From the NCBI GenBank assembly GCA_963740085.1, contig CAVUCU010000001.1:1504001-1568000 (forward strand): a stretch of DNA of 64,000 bases, read 5' to 3'. This document shows positions 1-13,121 of the stretch, piece after piece. The number at the start of each line of letters is the position of its first letter. Position 1 is the stretch's first letter. This DNA is from Nitrospirota bacterium. GTDB taxonomy: Bacteria; Nitrospirota; UBA9217. The notes below the pieces were generated by a model. That model did no database searches. It was not told the origin of the DNA and worked only from the letters and a program-made list of their open reading frames with translations. Both the position numbers and the translations under genes were made by a program.

Positions 1-277
1 GTCCCGCGACGATCTCGTTCAGGATGGCAAGCGCTTCACGGTCGGGGTCGGCCTTGCCGATACGCAATGCACTCTTCTTCGGATGGTGGGCACAGGCCAG
101 AGACCGGAACGCTTCGTTCTCCAGAACCTCATCCATGGCATGACTGAACAGCTCTTCTTCGGTAAAGTGTTCCTTTTTCTTCGGTCGGGCAGGAGCGGGC
201 GAGGGAACGGCAGGCTGGGTTTCGATCTTTTTCTTGAGCTTCTCAAAGGGACGGATTGCAAAGATTTTATTGCTCAT
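1..277 (-). CDS. Probable Smr-domain protein, N-terminal part (runs off window)
   Basis: ATG at 277 after GAGAGAG reads MSNKIFAIRPFEKLKKKIE...EEELFSHAMDEV..., resembling the N-terminus of stand-alone Smr proteins; the Smr domain itself would lie outside the window. Confidence 0.5.
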   Translation of the reverse strand, partial: MSNKIFAIRPFEKLKKKIETQPAVPSPAPARPKKKEHFTEEELFSHAMDEVLENEAFRSLACAHHPKKSALRIGKADPDREALAILNEIVAG

Positions 278-328
278 GGAACACTCTCTCTGTGAATCTT
301 AAGCGGAAACCCTGGAGATAAGGAAAAG

Positions 329-702
329 ATCAGAGCGGGTCGTAAGCCGAGTTCTGTCCTCCCGGTTGCCCGGGAGTGGTGGTCATTTATCTGGGCCCTC
401 GATTGCTCGAAGGCACGAGCGACCTACCCGGAAGTCTCGGACGGGCCGTCCTTACCCCCTTGCGGGGGACGCTTCCCTATGTGGTCTTGCTCCAGGCGGG
501 GTTTTCCAAGCACCCGGCATCGCTGCCGGGTCTGGTGGGCTCTTACCCCACCGTTTCACCCTTACCCCTGTGCGGGGCGGTCTTCTTTTCTGTGGCACTG
601 TCCATGGGGTCGCCCCCTGTCCCGTTTCGGGACCGCCTTGCCCTGCGGAGCTCGGACTTTCCTCCCCCCGTTTCCGGGGAGCGATCACCTCACCCGCTCT
701 GA
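329..702 (-). ncRNA. rnpB: RNase P RNA
   Basis: Minus strand has GAGGAAAGTCC, CAGTGCCACAGAAA and ACAGAACTCGGCTTA motifs; termini pair (CAGAGCGGGT...ACCCGCTCTG). Confidence 0.97.
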
Positions 703-715
703 AATCAAAGAACGA

Positions 716-807
716 TTGCAAAATGGAAATTGCAAAATGTAAAAGTCAAATTGATTGACTGAGCTTTCCCTTTTGCATTTTGCACTTTGCATTCTGCATT
801 TTGCACT
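716..807. repeat. Inverted tandem heptamer element (TGCAAAA / TTTTGCA)
   Basis: ttgcaaa atggaaa ttgcaaa atgtaaa agtcaaa ... ttttgca ttttgca ctttgca ttctgca ttttgca. Confidence 0.9.
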
Positions 808-1000
808 ATCGAAGCTTTTCATCTATCGCCTTATTTGCGAGCGCATCCGCATCCTTGTTCATTGCCCGTGGAATGTATTGTACCTCAACCCTGCCGACCT
901 TTGCAATCAGTTCCTTGGCCCGGGAATGCAATGGTTTCAGGCCTTCGTTCTTCACTGTATCGAGCCCGTTGATCTGCCTGACAAGAGCCCGGAGTTTGCC
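806..1000 (-). pseudogene. rnhA: C-terminal remnant of ribonuclease HI
   Basis: LVRQINGLDTVKNEGLKPLH...IPRAMNKDADALANKAID matches the RNase HI C-terminal half; the DGxSRGNPG and NNxAEY motifs are absent and the DSELLV motif is decayed. Confidence 0.75.
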
Positions 1001-1182
1001 AAAGAAAACGTAATCACGTAATCGGCGAGACATTACGCAAACAGTGCTATTTAATTTATTTTGTGATTTCTGTGCCTTCTGAGGCTAACGCTCTTTTTGA
1101 ATTTTAGAAAAGGTTGAGCGGTGAGATGAGCAATTGGAAATACGGACATTCGTTCCTGTCGCGTCCTTCGCGAACGTTGCGA

Positions 1183-1908
1183 TCAGGCGTTTTTTTGCAT
1201 GATCGTTTCTTTAAAGTACAGAATGCGGCCGCAGTTCGGGCAGGTAATGATGCTCTCGTTTTTCTTGACGTTCACGTATACCTGGGGCGGGATGCTCATG
1301 TAGCAGCCGGAGCAGGACTCACCGCGCGCCTCCGCAATGGCGATGCCCGCCTTGGTGCCGAGCAGCTTCTGATACTGCGTGAGTACCGGTTTCGGTATGC
1401 GGGCAATCACCTTCTGCCGTTCCTCCTCGATCGCCTTCAATTCCTCTTCAAGCTTCGCAAAGTCGGTTTCATGCTGATTCTGCTCGACCTGGATCTCAGC
1501 CGCTTCTTCCTTGGCCCGCTGCTCGGCCGCAGTTATCTGTCCCGCGGCAGCGTCGATCTTCTCCATCAGCCCGAGGATGTCGTCTTCGACCGCTTTATTC
1601 TCCTGCTCTGCAGCTTCGATCTCCTTGAGAAGGGCCTGATACTCCTTATTATTCTTGATCTCGGAGGATCGCGTCTTGAGCTTCTCGACCTTCTGGACCC
1701 CGGTCTCAAGGTCCTTGTCCCGGTCGCGTTTGACCTTCTGCGCCGCCAGGAGCGCCTCTTGCACCTTGTCCAGATTATCGTTTATGGAAACGCGCCTAAG
1801 CTCGAGGGTTGCCAGCGCCTCGGGTAGGCGATTTTTTTGCGCGATATGCGTCCGTATCTTCGCGTCGATTTCCTGAAGCTGTATGAGCAGGCTGAGCTTC
1901 TCTTCCAT
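1183..1908 (-). CDS. Coiled-coil protein with C4-type zinc ribbon (DUF164 family)
   Basis: Long coiled coil followed by CSGC...CPNCGRILY; GGAGG RBS before ATG 1908. Confidence 0.9.
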   Translation of the reverse strand: MEEKLSLLIQLQEIDAKIRTHIAQKNRLPEALATLELRRVSINDNLDKVQEALLAAQKVKRDRDKDLETGVQKVEKLKTRSSEIKNNKEYQALLKEIEAAEQENKAVEDDILGLMEKIDAAAGQITAAEQRAKEEAAEIQVEQNQHETDFAKLEEELKAIEEERQKVIARIPKPVLTQYQKLLGTKAGIAIAEARGESCSGCYMSIPPQVYVNVKKNESIITCPNCGRILYFKETIMQKNA

Positions 1909-1924
1909 AGAAACCTCCAAAAAT

Positions 1925-1950
1925 AAAAAATGCGCCTTATGGCGCATTTT
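1925..1950. terminator. Intrinsic terminator hairpin downstream of tRNA
   Basis: aaaaaatgcgcc-ttat-ggcgcattttt. Confidence 0.65.
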
Positions 1951-2047
1951 TATAGTTTACTGTTCGTTCTTCCTCCGGTCAACAGTGATGGATAAAGGTG
2001 TATTCGCGTTACCGGACATCTGCCGTCTTCCCTTCAATCGAATAGGT

Positions 2048-2123
2048 TGGTGGGCCCACCAGGGCTCGAACCTGGGACCAACCGGTTATGAGCCGGTAGC
2101 TCTACCAGCTGAGCTATGGGCCC
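2048..2123 (-). tRNA. tRNA with CAT anticodon, probably tRNA-Ile2
   Basis: GGGCCCATAGCTCAG...CCGGCTCATAACCGG...GGTTCGAG...CCA; acceptor and anticodon stems and the position after rpoD favour Ile2 over Met. Confidence 0.9.
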
Positions 2124-2134
2124 CACAATACTGC

Positions 2135-2237
2135 AAAATCCAAATTACCAATACTAAACTACAAACAATATTCAATGACCAAATTGCAATAATCATGGTT
2201 TGGAACCTGCAGCTTGGTTATTGGTGTTTAATATCTG
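2135..2237. repeat. Inverted tandem heptamer element (AAATCC-type)
   Basis: aaatcca aattacc aatacta aactaca ... ttggtta ttggtgt ttaatat. Confidence 0.7.
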
Positions 2238-2304
2238 CTGCACAACGACTGTGTATATTGACACAACCCGCGACAAATGTCAAGGCTGGCGCGTCCGGGG
2301 TTGC

Positions 2305-4107
<1,803 letters not shown>

Positions 4108-4192
4108 ACTGTGGTGCTCCTTTGTGTAAAATGTACACCTGTTCACGATCACGAATGCAATACCGCGCATCGCGCGCGGGGCGCGTGACCGC

Positions 4193-5977
4193 CTAACTCC
4201 CCAATCCGGGGATCCTCCTGCCTGCCCTGCGTCCTAACTGGTTCTGCTCCTCAAGCAACCGGCGATATTCCACCCAATCTTCTTTAGCGGCCGCTTCGTC
4301 GATAGCCTTGAGCAGGAACTTCATCTTTTTCTCCGGGTCCTTCTGTTTTATCAAATCAATGCAGTCACGGCATGATTTTGCCTGATCATCATACACCATC
4401 TCGAGCACGGAATAATGCAAAATCAGGTTTTTGATTTCATCGTCTCCATCCTGGATCAAGGCGCCGACATCGAACCTGCCCTGATCATCCAGGGCGCCGA
4501 AAATTCGCTTCGCAGTACGCTGAAACAGAGGGTCGGTAAAATCCTCCGGCTTCATCTGATCCTTCAAGCTCAGGGCTATCGCCGCATCCTTGAGCATCAG
4601 GTGAATAAGGGTCTCTTCGGCCCGGGGCCGATGGCCCCGGGCCGCTGCCGGCGCCTGTTCTCCTGTTGAATGATGAATCATGCCTTTTGCCTGCCTCGGC
4701 ATTTCCTGCCTCAAAACTCCCTCGTCCAGATCCAGGGCCTCCGCGGTCCGCTTCAGATAGTGGTCCCGTTCGATCCCGCTCTGCAGTCTGGCGATGAATC
4801 CGAGCATCTCGCCGGCCTTTTCCACCTTTTCATCGATGGAAGCAGCGTGACCGCCCTTCACCACCTGGCCGAGCACAAAGTCCATGAACTTCTCCGACTT
4901 CCTCAGGCAGGAAGCGAATGCTTCGTAGCCGTTCTTCTTCAGGAACGTGTCCGGGTCGTCATTGTCGGGAAGCGAGACCACGTTCACCTTCATTCCGCTC
5001 GATACGAACAGGTCGAGGCCCCGCATTGCGGCCTTCACGCCCGCCGGATCAGGGTCGAAGATAAGAACCAGGTTCTGCGCAAACCGCCGCATGAGCCGGA
5101 GATGCCCTTCGGTGAGCGCCGTGCCGAGCGTGGCCACCGCGTTCTGGGCGCCATATTGATGGCACGCGATCGCGTCAAGATATCCCTCAACGATGATGAA
5201 ATACTTCTGCTTGCGCGCGGGCTCCTTTGCCTTGTCCAGGCAATAGAGCACGTTGCTCTTGCTGTAGAGCGGGGTCTCCGGAGAGTTAAGATATTTGGGC
5301 AGTGAGTCGTCCATTACCCGGCCGCCGAAGGCGATGACGTTCCCGGAAATATCACGGATGGGAAAGATGATCCTGCCCCGGAACCGGTCGTAGTAGCCCT
5401 CACCCTCGCTGCGCTTGACGATGAGCCCGGCCTTCTCCATCTGGCTGAAGGCGTATCCCTTGTGCTTGAGCTCCTTCAGCAGGCCGTCCCACTCGTGCCT
5501 GGAAAAACCGAGCGCGAAATCCTGAACAACCTGGTCGGTCACGCCTCTTTTTTTCAAATAGGCCCGGGCTGCATTGCCCGCAGGTCCTTCGAGCTCTTTC
5601 CTGTAGTAGCTCGACGCATCAGCAATGATCGTGAGGAGCGCCTTGCGCTCGTCCTCGGCCTTCTTGTCTTCCCTGCGCGACCCGCTGTCAGCCGGAAGCG
5701 GTATTCCCGCCTTGCCCGCCAATTGCCTTACGGTCTCGGGAAAGTTGAGGCCCTCCTGCAACTCGAGGAACTTGAACACGTCTCCGCCCGCACCGCACCC
5801 GAAACAATGGAAGATCTGCTTTTCCGGGTTCACGTTGAACGACGGCGTCTTCTCAGCATGAAAAGGGCAGAGCCCAAGGTGGTTCTTCCCCGTCTTTTTG
5901 AGGGACACATATCCGGAGATAAGATCAACAATGTCAACGCTGTCCCTGACCCGGCTTATGATATCTTCGGAGAACAC
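4193..5977 (-). CDS. dnaG: DNA primase
   Basis: [11 protein letters not shown] zinc finger, [20 protein letters not shown] and FDPD. Confidence 0.98.
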   Translation of the reverse strand: MFSEDIISRVRDSVDIVDLISGYVSLKKTGKNHLGLCPFHAEKTPSFNVNPEKQIFHCFGCGAGGDVFKFLELQEGLNFPETVRQLAGKAGIPLPADSGSRREDKKAEDERKALLTIIADASSYYRKELEGPAGNAARAYLKKRGVTDQVVQDFALGFSRHEWDGLLKELKHKGYAFSQMEKAGLIVKRSEGEGYYDRFRGRIIFPIRDISGNVIAFGGRVMDDSLPKYLNSPETPLYSKSNVLYCLDKAKEPARKQKYFIIVEGYLDAIACHQYGAQNAVATLGTALTEGHLRLMRRFAQNLVLIFDPDPAGVKAAMRGLDLFVSSGMKVNVVSLPDNDDPDTFLKKNGYEAFASCLRKSEKFMDFVLGQVVKGGHAASIDEKVEKAGEMLGFIARLQSGIERDHYLKRTAEALDLDEGVLRQEMPRQAKGMIHHSTGEQAPAAARGHRPRAEETLIHLMLKDAAIALSLKDQMKPEDFTDPLFQRTAKRIFGALDDQGRFDVGALIQDGDDEIKNLILHYSVLEMVYDDQAKSCRDCIDLIKQKDPEKKMKFLLKAIDEAAAKEDWVEYRRLLEEQNQLGRRAGRRIPGLGS

Positions 5978-5978
5978 G

Positions 5979-8363
5979 TTATTTTTTCAACTCCGCCACG
6001 GTAACGCCTGCTCCGCCTTCGGCCGGTTCTCCCGGCCGTATGGCAGTGATCAGCGGATGGTCCTTGAGAAACTTCGTTACTGCTGTCTTGAGCGCGCCGG
6101 TCCCCAGGCCATGGATAATGGTCACGACGGTCAGGTTGCTCATTCCGACGCGATCAAGGAATCGGTCCACTTCGGCCAGGGCCTCATTCACGCGAAGGCC
6201 AAGGAGGTTCAGCCGATCCAGCGGTCCTTCTTCCTCGTGGAGCTCGGCGCCCCAGCCCGGCGCCCGGCTCGCTTTCTGCCCTTGCGGAACAGGATCGAGC
6301 GGAATGACCTCGCCCGAGGGGAGCCTGATCTTTTTTCCGTCAACCTCGATCTCGATCATGCCCGAGTGAAAGCCGAGCACGGTACCGGTTTTGTTCACTC
6401 TCGCCAGCTTTATCCGGTCGCCCCGGTGAAGATCGGTCGCCGGCGAGGAGGCAGTCTGCCGTTCCAACTCAGCGGGTTGCAGTTTTTTCGCCAGCGCCTC
6501 GACCTCCGAGGCCGTTGTCCTGATGTCTGTCTGCTCCCGCACCGCTGCGCGTGATAGTTCCCGGAGCTTGAGGCGAAGGGAAGACAGTACCTCCCGCGCC
6601 TCTTCTTTTGTTTTGGTTTTTACCTCACGGGCCTCTTCTTTCGCCGCCCGGAGCAGGGATTCCGCTTCGATCCGCTCCTGTTTCGCCGCCGTACGATCCT
6701 GTTCAAGCAGCGCCCGCTCCGATGCGAGCAGACGGGAATCATCCTCCACCTGTTTGAGCAGCGTCTCAAGCCTGATATCGTCCTCGCTGATCCGGGCCCG
6801 CGCGCGATCGATCACCTCGTCGGGAACACCCAGTCTGGTTGCCATATCCAGGCCGTAGCTCCTGCCCGGCCTTCCGGGAATGAGCCGGTACGTGGGCTTG
6901 AGCGTCTGCGGATCGAACTCCATGGCCGCGTTCACGGCGCCGCTTGTCTGCGAGCCAAAAAGCTTAAGCGCCTTGTGATGTGTGGTCACCAGGGAGATAC
7001 AACCGCGCTCGATCAGGTCCTCGAGTACCGCCGCGCCGAGTCCCGCACCCTCGTTCGGGTCCGTGCCGGACCCGAGCTCGTCCAGAAGCACGAGGGAATC
7101 CCGGTCAGCCTGACGAAGGATCTTCGCGATCTGTCTCACATGGGACGAAAAAGTGCTCAGGTCATCTTCCAGGCTCTGCTCGTCGCCGATATCAGCGAAG
7201 ACCGAGCCAAAGCACGGGAGCTCGCTGCCTTCGTTCGCGGTCACCGGTATGCCGGATTGTGCCATGAGGGAAAGTAGTCCCACGGTCTTCAGGATGACCG
7301 TTTTACCTCCGGCGTTCGGGCCGCTCAGGATCAAAGCACGGTCCCTGCTGCTCAGTTCAATATCATTCGTCGTTACGCTCTTGTTGTCGATTGCATTTTT
7401 GAACTTGACGGCCAGAAGCGGGTGCCGCGATGCCCGGAGCCGGATGGTTCGATTTGACGACAGTGTCGGCACGGTCCCCTCATACTCGATCCCGAACCGT
7501 GCCCTGGCATATACCGCGTCGATCCCGGCAAGGGCCTCGACCGTGTCCTCGATCGCGTCCGCATCCCGCGTCATGAGGGAGGTCAACTCACGCAGGATGC
7601 GCTCGATCTCATCCCGCTCTTCCATGCGGAGCTCCGCAAGACGATTGTTCTGTTCCAGGATCTCAAGGGGCTCGACAAAAAGTGTGGATCGGGAGCCGGA
7701 TTGCCCGTGTACAACACCTTTCAGGCTCTGCCGGAAGTTGGGTTTGAGCGGCAGCACATACCGGTCGTCACGTACGGTGATCACCGGTTCCTGGATCACC
7801 TTCTGAAAACCACTCTCCTGCAGGATGCCGGACATGCGGCCCAGAATGTCCTCGCGCGTCCGCACGATCTGTTTGCGCACTTTTCGGAGCGCCGGGCTGG
7901 CTGAGTCCCTGACCTCGGCCTTATCATCGATCGAGGAGAAAACCGCGTCTTCTATCTGCTTGAGCTGCCGTATCTTTGCTGCCTGTGCGCACAGGAGCGG
8001 GGCCTGATGCTTCACCCCCGTCCCCTTTCCTTCAAAACGCTGGAAAAAATTTTTTATCCGCCTGCCCGCACCAAGGGTCATCGCCATGTTCAAGAGCTCG
8101 AGCGGGGAAAGCATGCCGCCTTCCACCCTCAGCTTTTGGATGGATCCTCGTACGTTCAGGATATTGTCAAGCGGAGGGGCTTCGTTGCTTCGAAGAAGGT
8201 GTATGAACTCGCTTGTCTCCTGGAGCCGGGACTCGACGATCCCGGCATCAACTGCGGGAAGAAAGGCGAGAACAGCGTCCCTCCCTGCTTCCGATGCCGC
8301 GAATCCGGAAACGATGTTTGTTACTTTGTCATACTCCAGCACTCTCAGGGTATGGTCATTCAT
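5979..8363 (-). CDS. mutS2: Endonuclease MutS2
   Basis: GPNAGGKT, IGDEQS..LSTFSSH, LLDELGSGTDP, C-terminal Smr IIHGLGTG. Confidence 0.96.
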   Translation of the reverse strand: MNDHTLRVLEYDKVTNIVSGFAASEAGRDAVLAFLPAVDAGIVESRLQETSEFIHLLRSNEAPPLDNILNVRGSIQKLRVEGGMLSPLELLNMAMTLGAGRRIKNFFQRFEGKGTGVKHQAPLLCAQAAKIRQLKQIEDAVFSSIDDKAEVRDSASPALRKVRKQIVRTREDILGRMSGILQESGFQKVIQEPVITVRDDRYVLPLKPNFRQSLKGVVHGQSGSRSTLFVEPLEILEQNNRLAELRMEERDEIERILRELTSLMTRDADAIEDTVEALAGIDAVYARARFGIEYEGTVPTLSSNRTIRLRASRHPLLAVKFKNAIDNKSVTTNDIELSSRDRALILSGPNAGGKTVILKTVGLLSLMAQSGIPVTANEGSELPCFGSVFADIGDEQSLEDDLSTFSSHVRQIAKILRQADRDSLVLLDELGSGTDPNEGAGLGAAVLEDLIERGCISLVTTHHKALKLFGSQTSGAVNAAMEFDPQTLKPTYRLIPGRPGRSYGLDMATRLGVPDEVIDRARARISEDDIRLETLLKQVEDDSRLLASERALLEQDRTAAKQERIEAESLLRAAKEEAREVKTKTKEEAREVLSSLRLKLRELSRAAVREQTDIRTTASEVEALAKKLQPAELERQTASSPATDLHRGDRIKLARVNKTGTVLGFHSGMIEIEVDGKKIRLPSGEVIPLDPVPQGQKASRAPGWGAELHEEEGPLDRLNLLGLRVNEALAEVDRFLDRVGMSNLTVVTIIHGLGTGALKTAVTKFLKDHPLITAIRPGEPAEGGAGVTVAELKK

Positions 8364-8474
8364 TCCGGGGACTGGCGCATTTTCAGGCGAAAAAAATCAG
8401 GGAGCCCGGTCTTCATGGCCCCCTGTTCAGCCCTGGAGTGATATCTCACACACCACTGCGCGAGAAACAGTTCT

Positions 8475-8918
8475 TTACCCCAATGCGTGTTTGACAAGCT
8501 CACTCACCAGCTTTCCGTCCGCCCGTCCGCCCACCAGGGGAATGAGCGCCTTCATGACTTTGCCCATGTCCTTGGCTCCCTGCGCGCCGGTCTGGGCTAC
8601 CGCATCCCGGACCATCACCTCTATCTCTTCGCGTGACATTTGCTGCGGCAGATATACTTCGAGCACTGCAACCTCTGCCGTCTCTTTATCCACGAGGTCC
8701 TGCCTGCCACCCTTGCCAAACTGTTCGATCGAATCTTTCCGCTGCTTAATGAGAGAGCGTACGGTTTCGGCCACCTCTTCTTCGGTGAGCGGCCGCCGCT
8801 TGTCGATCTGTTTGTTCTTGAGGGCCGCGCTCAACATCCTCAGGGTAGAAAGCTTGTCTTTGGCGCCGGACTTGAGGGCGTTTATTATATCAGCGTCGAC
8901 TTTCTCTCGTAAACCCAT
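8475..8918 (-). CDS. yqeY: GatB/YqeY domain protein
   Basis: KQRKDSIEQF..GGRQDL, DMGKVM, GRADG; follows rpsU. Confidence 0.93.
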   Translation of the reverse strand: MGLREKVDADIINALKSGAKDKLSTLRMLSAALKNKQIDKRRPLTEEEVAETVRSLIKQRKDSIEQFGKGGRQDLVDKETAEVAVLEVYLPQQMSREEIEVMVRDAVAQTGAQGAKDMGKVMKALIPLVGGRADGKLVSELVKHALG

Positions 8919-9005
8919 TCACCCTCGCATTAACCTGTTAACCAGATGATCTTTCCATCGTTGTCATCGCTGGCGTTACCTTGTTCAATATCACGCACTT
9001 CCGCG

Positions 9006-9206
9006 TTAACCATGACGGAAAATACGCGCTGTCTTTGCTGCCTTTTTGCGTGCGGCTATCGCTTTTTTCTTCTTCTTTACGCTCGGCTTCTCGTAATGCT
9101 CGCGCTTCTTGACCTCAGAAAGCACTCCTTCCTTTTCAATGCTCTTCTTAAATCTCCGGAGCGCGGCCTCAAAAGGCTCATTGTCTCGTAACCTGATACT
9201 GGGCAC
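9006..9206 (-). CDS. rpsU: 30S ribosomal protein S21
   Basis: ALRRFKK...KREHYEKPS. Confidence 0.97.
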   Translation of the reverse strand: MPSIRLRDNEPFEAALRRFKKSIEKEGVLSEVKKREHYEKPSVKKKKKAIAARKKAAKTARIFRHG

Positions 9207-9447
9207 CCTCGCGACACCCCCCTCCTGTTATCACTATCTTGTTGTTATTTATGCTTTTTAGTTGGTCTGCGGGTAAAGGTCTTTTAACCGCCAAGAAGCA
9301 TGAAACAGTTAAACCGCTCCTCAATTAGAAGAAAAGCGGCATAATCATTAAAATTAACCAGTCCACCGGCGAATGTCAAGTGAAATTGTTACAAAATGGT
9401 CGTGCGTTTTACGTGTTCACCGCAGCAAAGATTCCCGCCGCCGTTCA

Positions 9448-10653
9448 TCAACTCCGGTATGCCGCGTTGATTTTCACATATTCGTATGACATATCGCACG
9501 TCCAGACCTTTCCGGACGCCTTGCCCTTGTGCAAATCGATGATGATCTGGACTTCCCTTTGCTTAAGGGCAAGCGTTGCGTCACGGTCCGCGGGCTTGCC
9601 CTGCCCCAGACCTTTTTCGACAAGCTTGCTCTTGCCGATATAAATATCCGTTCTGGATTCGTCCATCTCCACGCCGGAAGATCCCAAGGCCGCCATGATC
9701 CTGCCCCAGTTCGCATCTTCACCGAACAGCGCGGTCTTGACAAGACTCGACTTTGCCACGGTCATGGCCGCGCGTTTTGCCTCGATGGGGTTCCTGGCGT
9801 TCCTCACCTCGATCTCCACGAACTTTGTCGCGCCTTCGCCGTCCTTCACCACCTGCTTTGCCAGCGAACGCGCCACCGTGTCGAGACACGCCTGGAATTT
9901 TTTGCTGTCCTTGCTGCCCACACCGGGACGCTTGTTGAGCGCCGCGCCGTTCGCCATACAGAGTATCAGATCATTCGTGCTCATGTCTCCATCCACCGTG
10001 ATGTTATTAAAAGAGCTCTCCGTGGTCGCGAGCAGTGACTTCTTGAGCATCGGCGCCGAAATGTTCGCGTCCGTCACGATAAAGCAGAGCATGGTCGCCA
10101 TGTTCGGATGGATCATGCCCGAGCCCTTGGCTATTCCGGCGATCGTGACCGTCTTGCCACCAATCTCTTCCTGCACGATCGAAAGCTTGGGGTAAAGATC
10201 CGTGGTCATAATCGCCTCGGCCGCCTGCTCCCAGCCCGACGTCGACAGCAGGCCGACCGCGGTGCTGATACCCGTTGCCATCTTGGACAGGGGCAGAAAC
10301 TCACCGATCACACCGGTCGATGCCACATATACCGCTTCAGGTTTGATACCGAGCTCCCGGGACGCGATTTCCGCCGTCGCGCGCGCATCAGCGAGTCCTC
10401 GCTTGCCGGTGCAGGCATTGGCGCAACCGCTGTTCGCTATGATTGCCTGCCCTATCCCGGACTTCACCCTTGCCGTGTCCAGTAGAATTGACGCTGCTTT
10501 CACCCGGTTCTTCGTGAAGACCCCGGCAACCGCCGCCTCGCGGTCGGAATATATGATCGCGAGGTCTTTTTTGTCGGTCTTCTTGATACCGCAATGGATC
10601 CCCCATGCCTTATACCCCGGCACGGAAATATTCTTTGTGTCCAGAATTCTCAT
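9448..10653 (-). CDS. argJ: Bifunctional ornithine acetyltransferase/N-acetylglutamate synthase
   Basis: KGSGMIHPNMATML, DGDMSTND, DGEGATK, INAAYRS. Confidence 0.97.
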   Translation of the reverse strand: MRILDTKNISVPGYKAWGIHCGIKKTDKKDLAIIYSDREAAVAGVFTKNRVKAASILLDTARVKSGIGQAIIANSGCANACTGKRGLADARATAEIASRELGIKPEAVYVASTGVIGEFLPLSKMATGISTAVGLLSTSGWEQAAEAIMTTDLYPKLSIVQEEIGGKTVTIAGIAKGSGMIHPNMATMLCFIVTDANISAPMLKKSLLATTESSFNNITVDGDMSTNDLILCMANGAALNKRPGVGSKDSKKFQACLDTVARSLAKQVVKDGEGATKFVEIEVRNARNPIEAKRAAMTVAKSSLVKTALFGEDANWGRIMAALGSSGVEMDESRTDIYIGKSKLVEKGLGQGKPADRDATLALKQREVQIIIDLHKGKASGKVWTCDMSYEYVKINAAYRS

Positions 10654-10681
10654 TCTTCAACCCCTGATTGTCATGGATTAA

Positions 10682-10746
10682 TTGAATCGAGGAATCGGGG
10701 AGAATGGAAAAACCAGCTCTCCGATTCGCTTATTTGCATTTTTCTC
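10682..10746. repeat. Inverted tandem octamer element (GAATCGGG / CCGATTC)
   Basis: gaatcgag gaatcggg gagaatgg ... ctccgatt cgcttatt tgcatttt. Confidence 0.6.
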
Positions 10747-11797
10747 ACGGGAACAACCCGGCGAACCTGAGACCCTCCGCTTCATTAAACCCCATCATCA
10801 GGTTCATGTTCTGAATCGCCTGGCCCGATGCACCCTTGACCAGGTTGTCAATGGCCGTGACCACGACCGCACGTCCGGTCCGTGGATCGGCATAGACGCC
10901 GATATCGCAAAAGTTCGAACCCCGCACGTTTCGAACGTTCGGGAACTGCCCGACCGGCAGCAGTCGCACGAATGGTTCATCTTTGTAAAAGTCCCGATAC
11001 AGCGCATGGAGCTGTTCTGTATCAACCGGTGATTTTTGGTTCGCGTAGATCGTCGTCAAAATCCCCCGATTCAGAGGTACAAGGTGCGGCGTGAACGAAA
11101 CCGTTATTTGCTTTCCCGCCAGAGCGGAAAGCTCCTGCTCGATCTCCGGCATGTGCCGGTGCGTCCCGACCTTATAGGCCATGAATCCCTCGTTTACTTC
11201 CGGGTAGTGGTGTGCAAGCGAGGGACTGCGGCCAGCACCCGAGACGCCGGACTTCGAGTCGATTATGATGCTCCCCAGGTCTATCTTCCCCTTTTGCATA
11301 AGGGGCGCAAGCCCTAATAGTGCGCTCGTAGGGTAACACCCCGGGTTTGCGATCAACGACGCCTTTTTTATCTTTTCCCGGTGCAGCTCCGGCAGACCGT
11401 AAACCGCCTGTTTGAGGAGCTCAGGGTACTGGTGCGTGGTCTCATACCACGTTGCATACACTGAGGGGTCCGAGAGCCGGTAATCGGCGGACAGGTCCAC
11501 CACTTTTTTGCCAAGCAGGTGAAAGCGGAATGCCGCCTCCTGCGCCATCAAATGCGGAAGCGCGAGGAACACAAAATCTGCTTTCTTTGCGATGGTATCC
11601 GGGTCGAGGGGTTCGCACACCAGGGTTGACAATCCAGCAAGGTGAGGAAAGATTGAGGCAATGGGCTTTCCCGCGGATTTCTCCGACGTGACCGCGGTCA
11701 CGTTCACCTTCGAATGGTTCAGAAGGATCCTCATGAGCTCTCCGCCCGTGTACCCGCTTGAACCCACGATCGCAATGTTCAGTTTTTTTTCACTCAT
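10745..11797 (-). CDS. argC: N-acetyl-gamma-glutamyl-phosphate reductase
   Basis: [27 protein letters not shown]. Confidence 0.97.
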   Translation of the reverse strand: MSEKKLNIAIVGSSGYTGGELMRILLNHSKVNVTAVTSEKSAGKPIASIFPHLAGLSTLVCEPLDPDTIAKKADFVFLALPHLMAQEAAFRFHLLGKKVVDLSADYRLSDPSVYATWYETTHQYPELLKQAVYGLPELHREKIKKASLIANPGCYPTSALLGLAPLMQKGKIDLGSIIIDSKSGVSGAGRSPSLAHHYPEVNEGFMAYKVGTHRHMPEIEQELSALAGKQITVSFTPHLVPLNRGILTTIYANQKSPVDTEQLHALYRDFYKDEPFVRLLPVGQFPNVRNVRGSNFCDIGVYADPRTGRAVVVTAIDNLVKGASGQAIQNMNLMMGFNEAEGLRFAGLFP

Positions 11798-11918
11798 TGT
11801 CGTGTACCCCGCCCATGTATCCCAGAAGGAGCCTTGAGCAAAATAAAAGGGAAGGCATCTCTACCTTCCCTACAGTAACAGGAAATAAATCTCTGCAAAC
11901 AGACAGGTATGTGATCCT

Positions 11919-12320
11919 TTATCTCTTGGAGAACTGGAATCGCGCGCGCGCGCCCTTCTGGCCGTACTTCTTCCGCTCTACGGCCCTGGGGTCGCGGGTC
12001 AGAAGCCCTTCCTTGCGAAGCTTGATGCGCGACTCGCCGTCCGCTTCAAGCAGTGCCTTTGATATCCCGTGCCTGATTGCGCCGGCCTGGCCGGAGTTTC
12101 CGCCGCCGAGCACGTTCACCATGACATCGAACTTGTCCACCGTCCCGGTGACCTCAAACGGCTGGCGAATGATCATCTTGAGCACTTCGCGACCGAAGTA
12201 CTGGTCCATGGTCTTGTCGTTAATGGTGACCTTGCCGCTGCCGGGCATCATCCACACCCTGGCGATGGAATTCTTTCTCCTGCCTGTTGCATAATATCTT
12301 GATACGGTTGCCGCTGCCAT
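11919..12320 (-). CDS. rpsI: 30S ribosomal protein S9
   Basis: TGRRK, ERKKYG, QFSKR. Confidence 0.98.
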   Translation of the reverse strand: MAAATVSRYYATGRRKNSIARVWMMPGSGKVTINDKTMDQYFGREVLKMIIRQPFEVTGTVDKFDVMVNVLGGGNSGQAGAIRHGISKALLEADGESRIKLRKEGLLTRDPRAVERKKYGQKGARARFQFSKR

Positions 12321-12357
12321 TAAAAATCCTCCTCAGATGGTTCTTGTTTTACCCTGG

Positions 12358-12789
12358 TTATTTAACGATCATCTCCACCGGCTGCTGTGCCGTGTGCGGG
12401 TGCTTGTCCCCGGCGTAAACCTTAAGTTTGGTGAGCATCTGCTTTCCCAGCCTGGTCTTGGGAAGCATGCCCTCGACAGCCATCATCAACACATTCTCCG
12501 GTTTGGTCCTCATGAGCGTACCGGCGCTAACGGTCTTGAGACCACCGGGAAACCCCGAGTGGCTATAGTACATTTTCTGATCAAGCTTCTTGCCGGTCAG
12601 ATGGACCTTGTCCGCGTTCACTACGATAACGAAGTCTCCGGTATCAACATGGGTTGTGTAGATAGGCTTGGTCTTGCCTTTCAGCACTGAGGCGATGACC
12701 GTCGCCAATCTGCCCAAGGTCTTTCCGTTCGCATCAACGATGAACCACTTTCTTTCAATATCTTCCGCTTTTGCCGAATACGTAGCCAT
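12358..12789 (-). CDS. rplM: 50S ribosomal protein L13
   Basis: [29 protein letters not shown]. Confidence 0.98.
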   Translation of the reverse strand: MATYSAKAEDIERKWFIVDANGKTLGRLATVIASVLKGKTKPIYTTHVDTGDFVIVVNADKVHLTGKKLDQKMYYSHSGFPGGLKTVSAGTLMRTKPENVLMMAVEGMLPKTRLGKQMLTKLKVYAGDKHPHTAQQPVEMIVK

Positions 12790-13059
12790 AATTCCCGCCT
12801 TGTAGTATCTTAGTATTTTTTTTAAGAATAGCGAATATAAACAATTTCATAAGATTTGTCAAGCGTTTTTGTATGGGAAAAACCAATGATAGGGAGGGTG
12901 TCACCGGGGAGATCAATACGCCATCATTATGTAAACCTTTAAACATCAACAGGTTATACTACATATTGCAGCGCTTTGATGTAGCATCGTATGATTTGGA
13001 AAATATCAAAGACGGTGACTTCCCGACCCCCTTTTTTGCCTCTCTCACCGCCTGCTTAC

Positions 13060-13092
13060 AAAAAAGGGGCAGCCGCTCAGGGCTGCCCCTCT
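13060..13092 (-). terminator. Intrinsic terminator after the small membrane protein pair
   Basis: Minus strand gaggggcagcc-ctgagc-ggctgcccc-tttttt. Confidence 0.75.
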
Positions 13093-13121
13093 CATTTATT
13101 ATTCACCTCACCGAAATGCAC

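Noticed and set aside
366-758. Several ORFs over 366-758
   Set aside because: They overlap the RNase P RNA gene.
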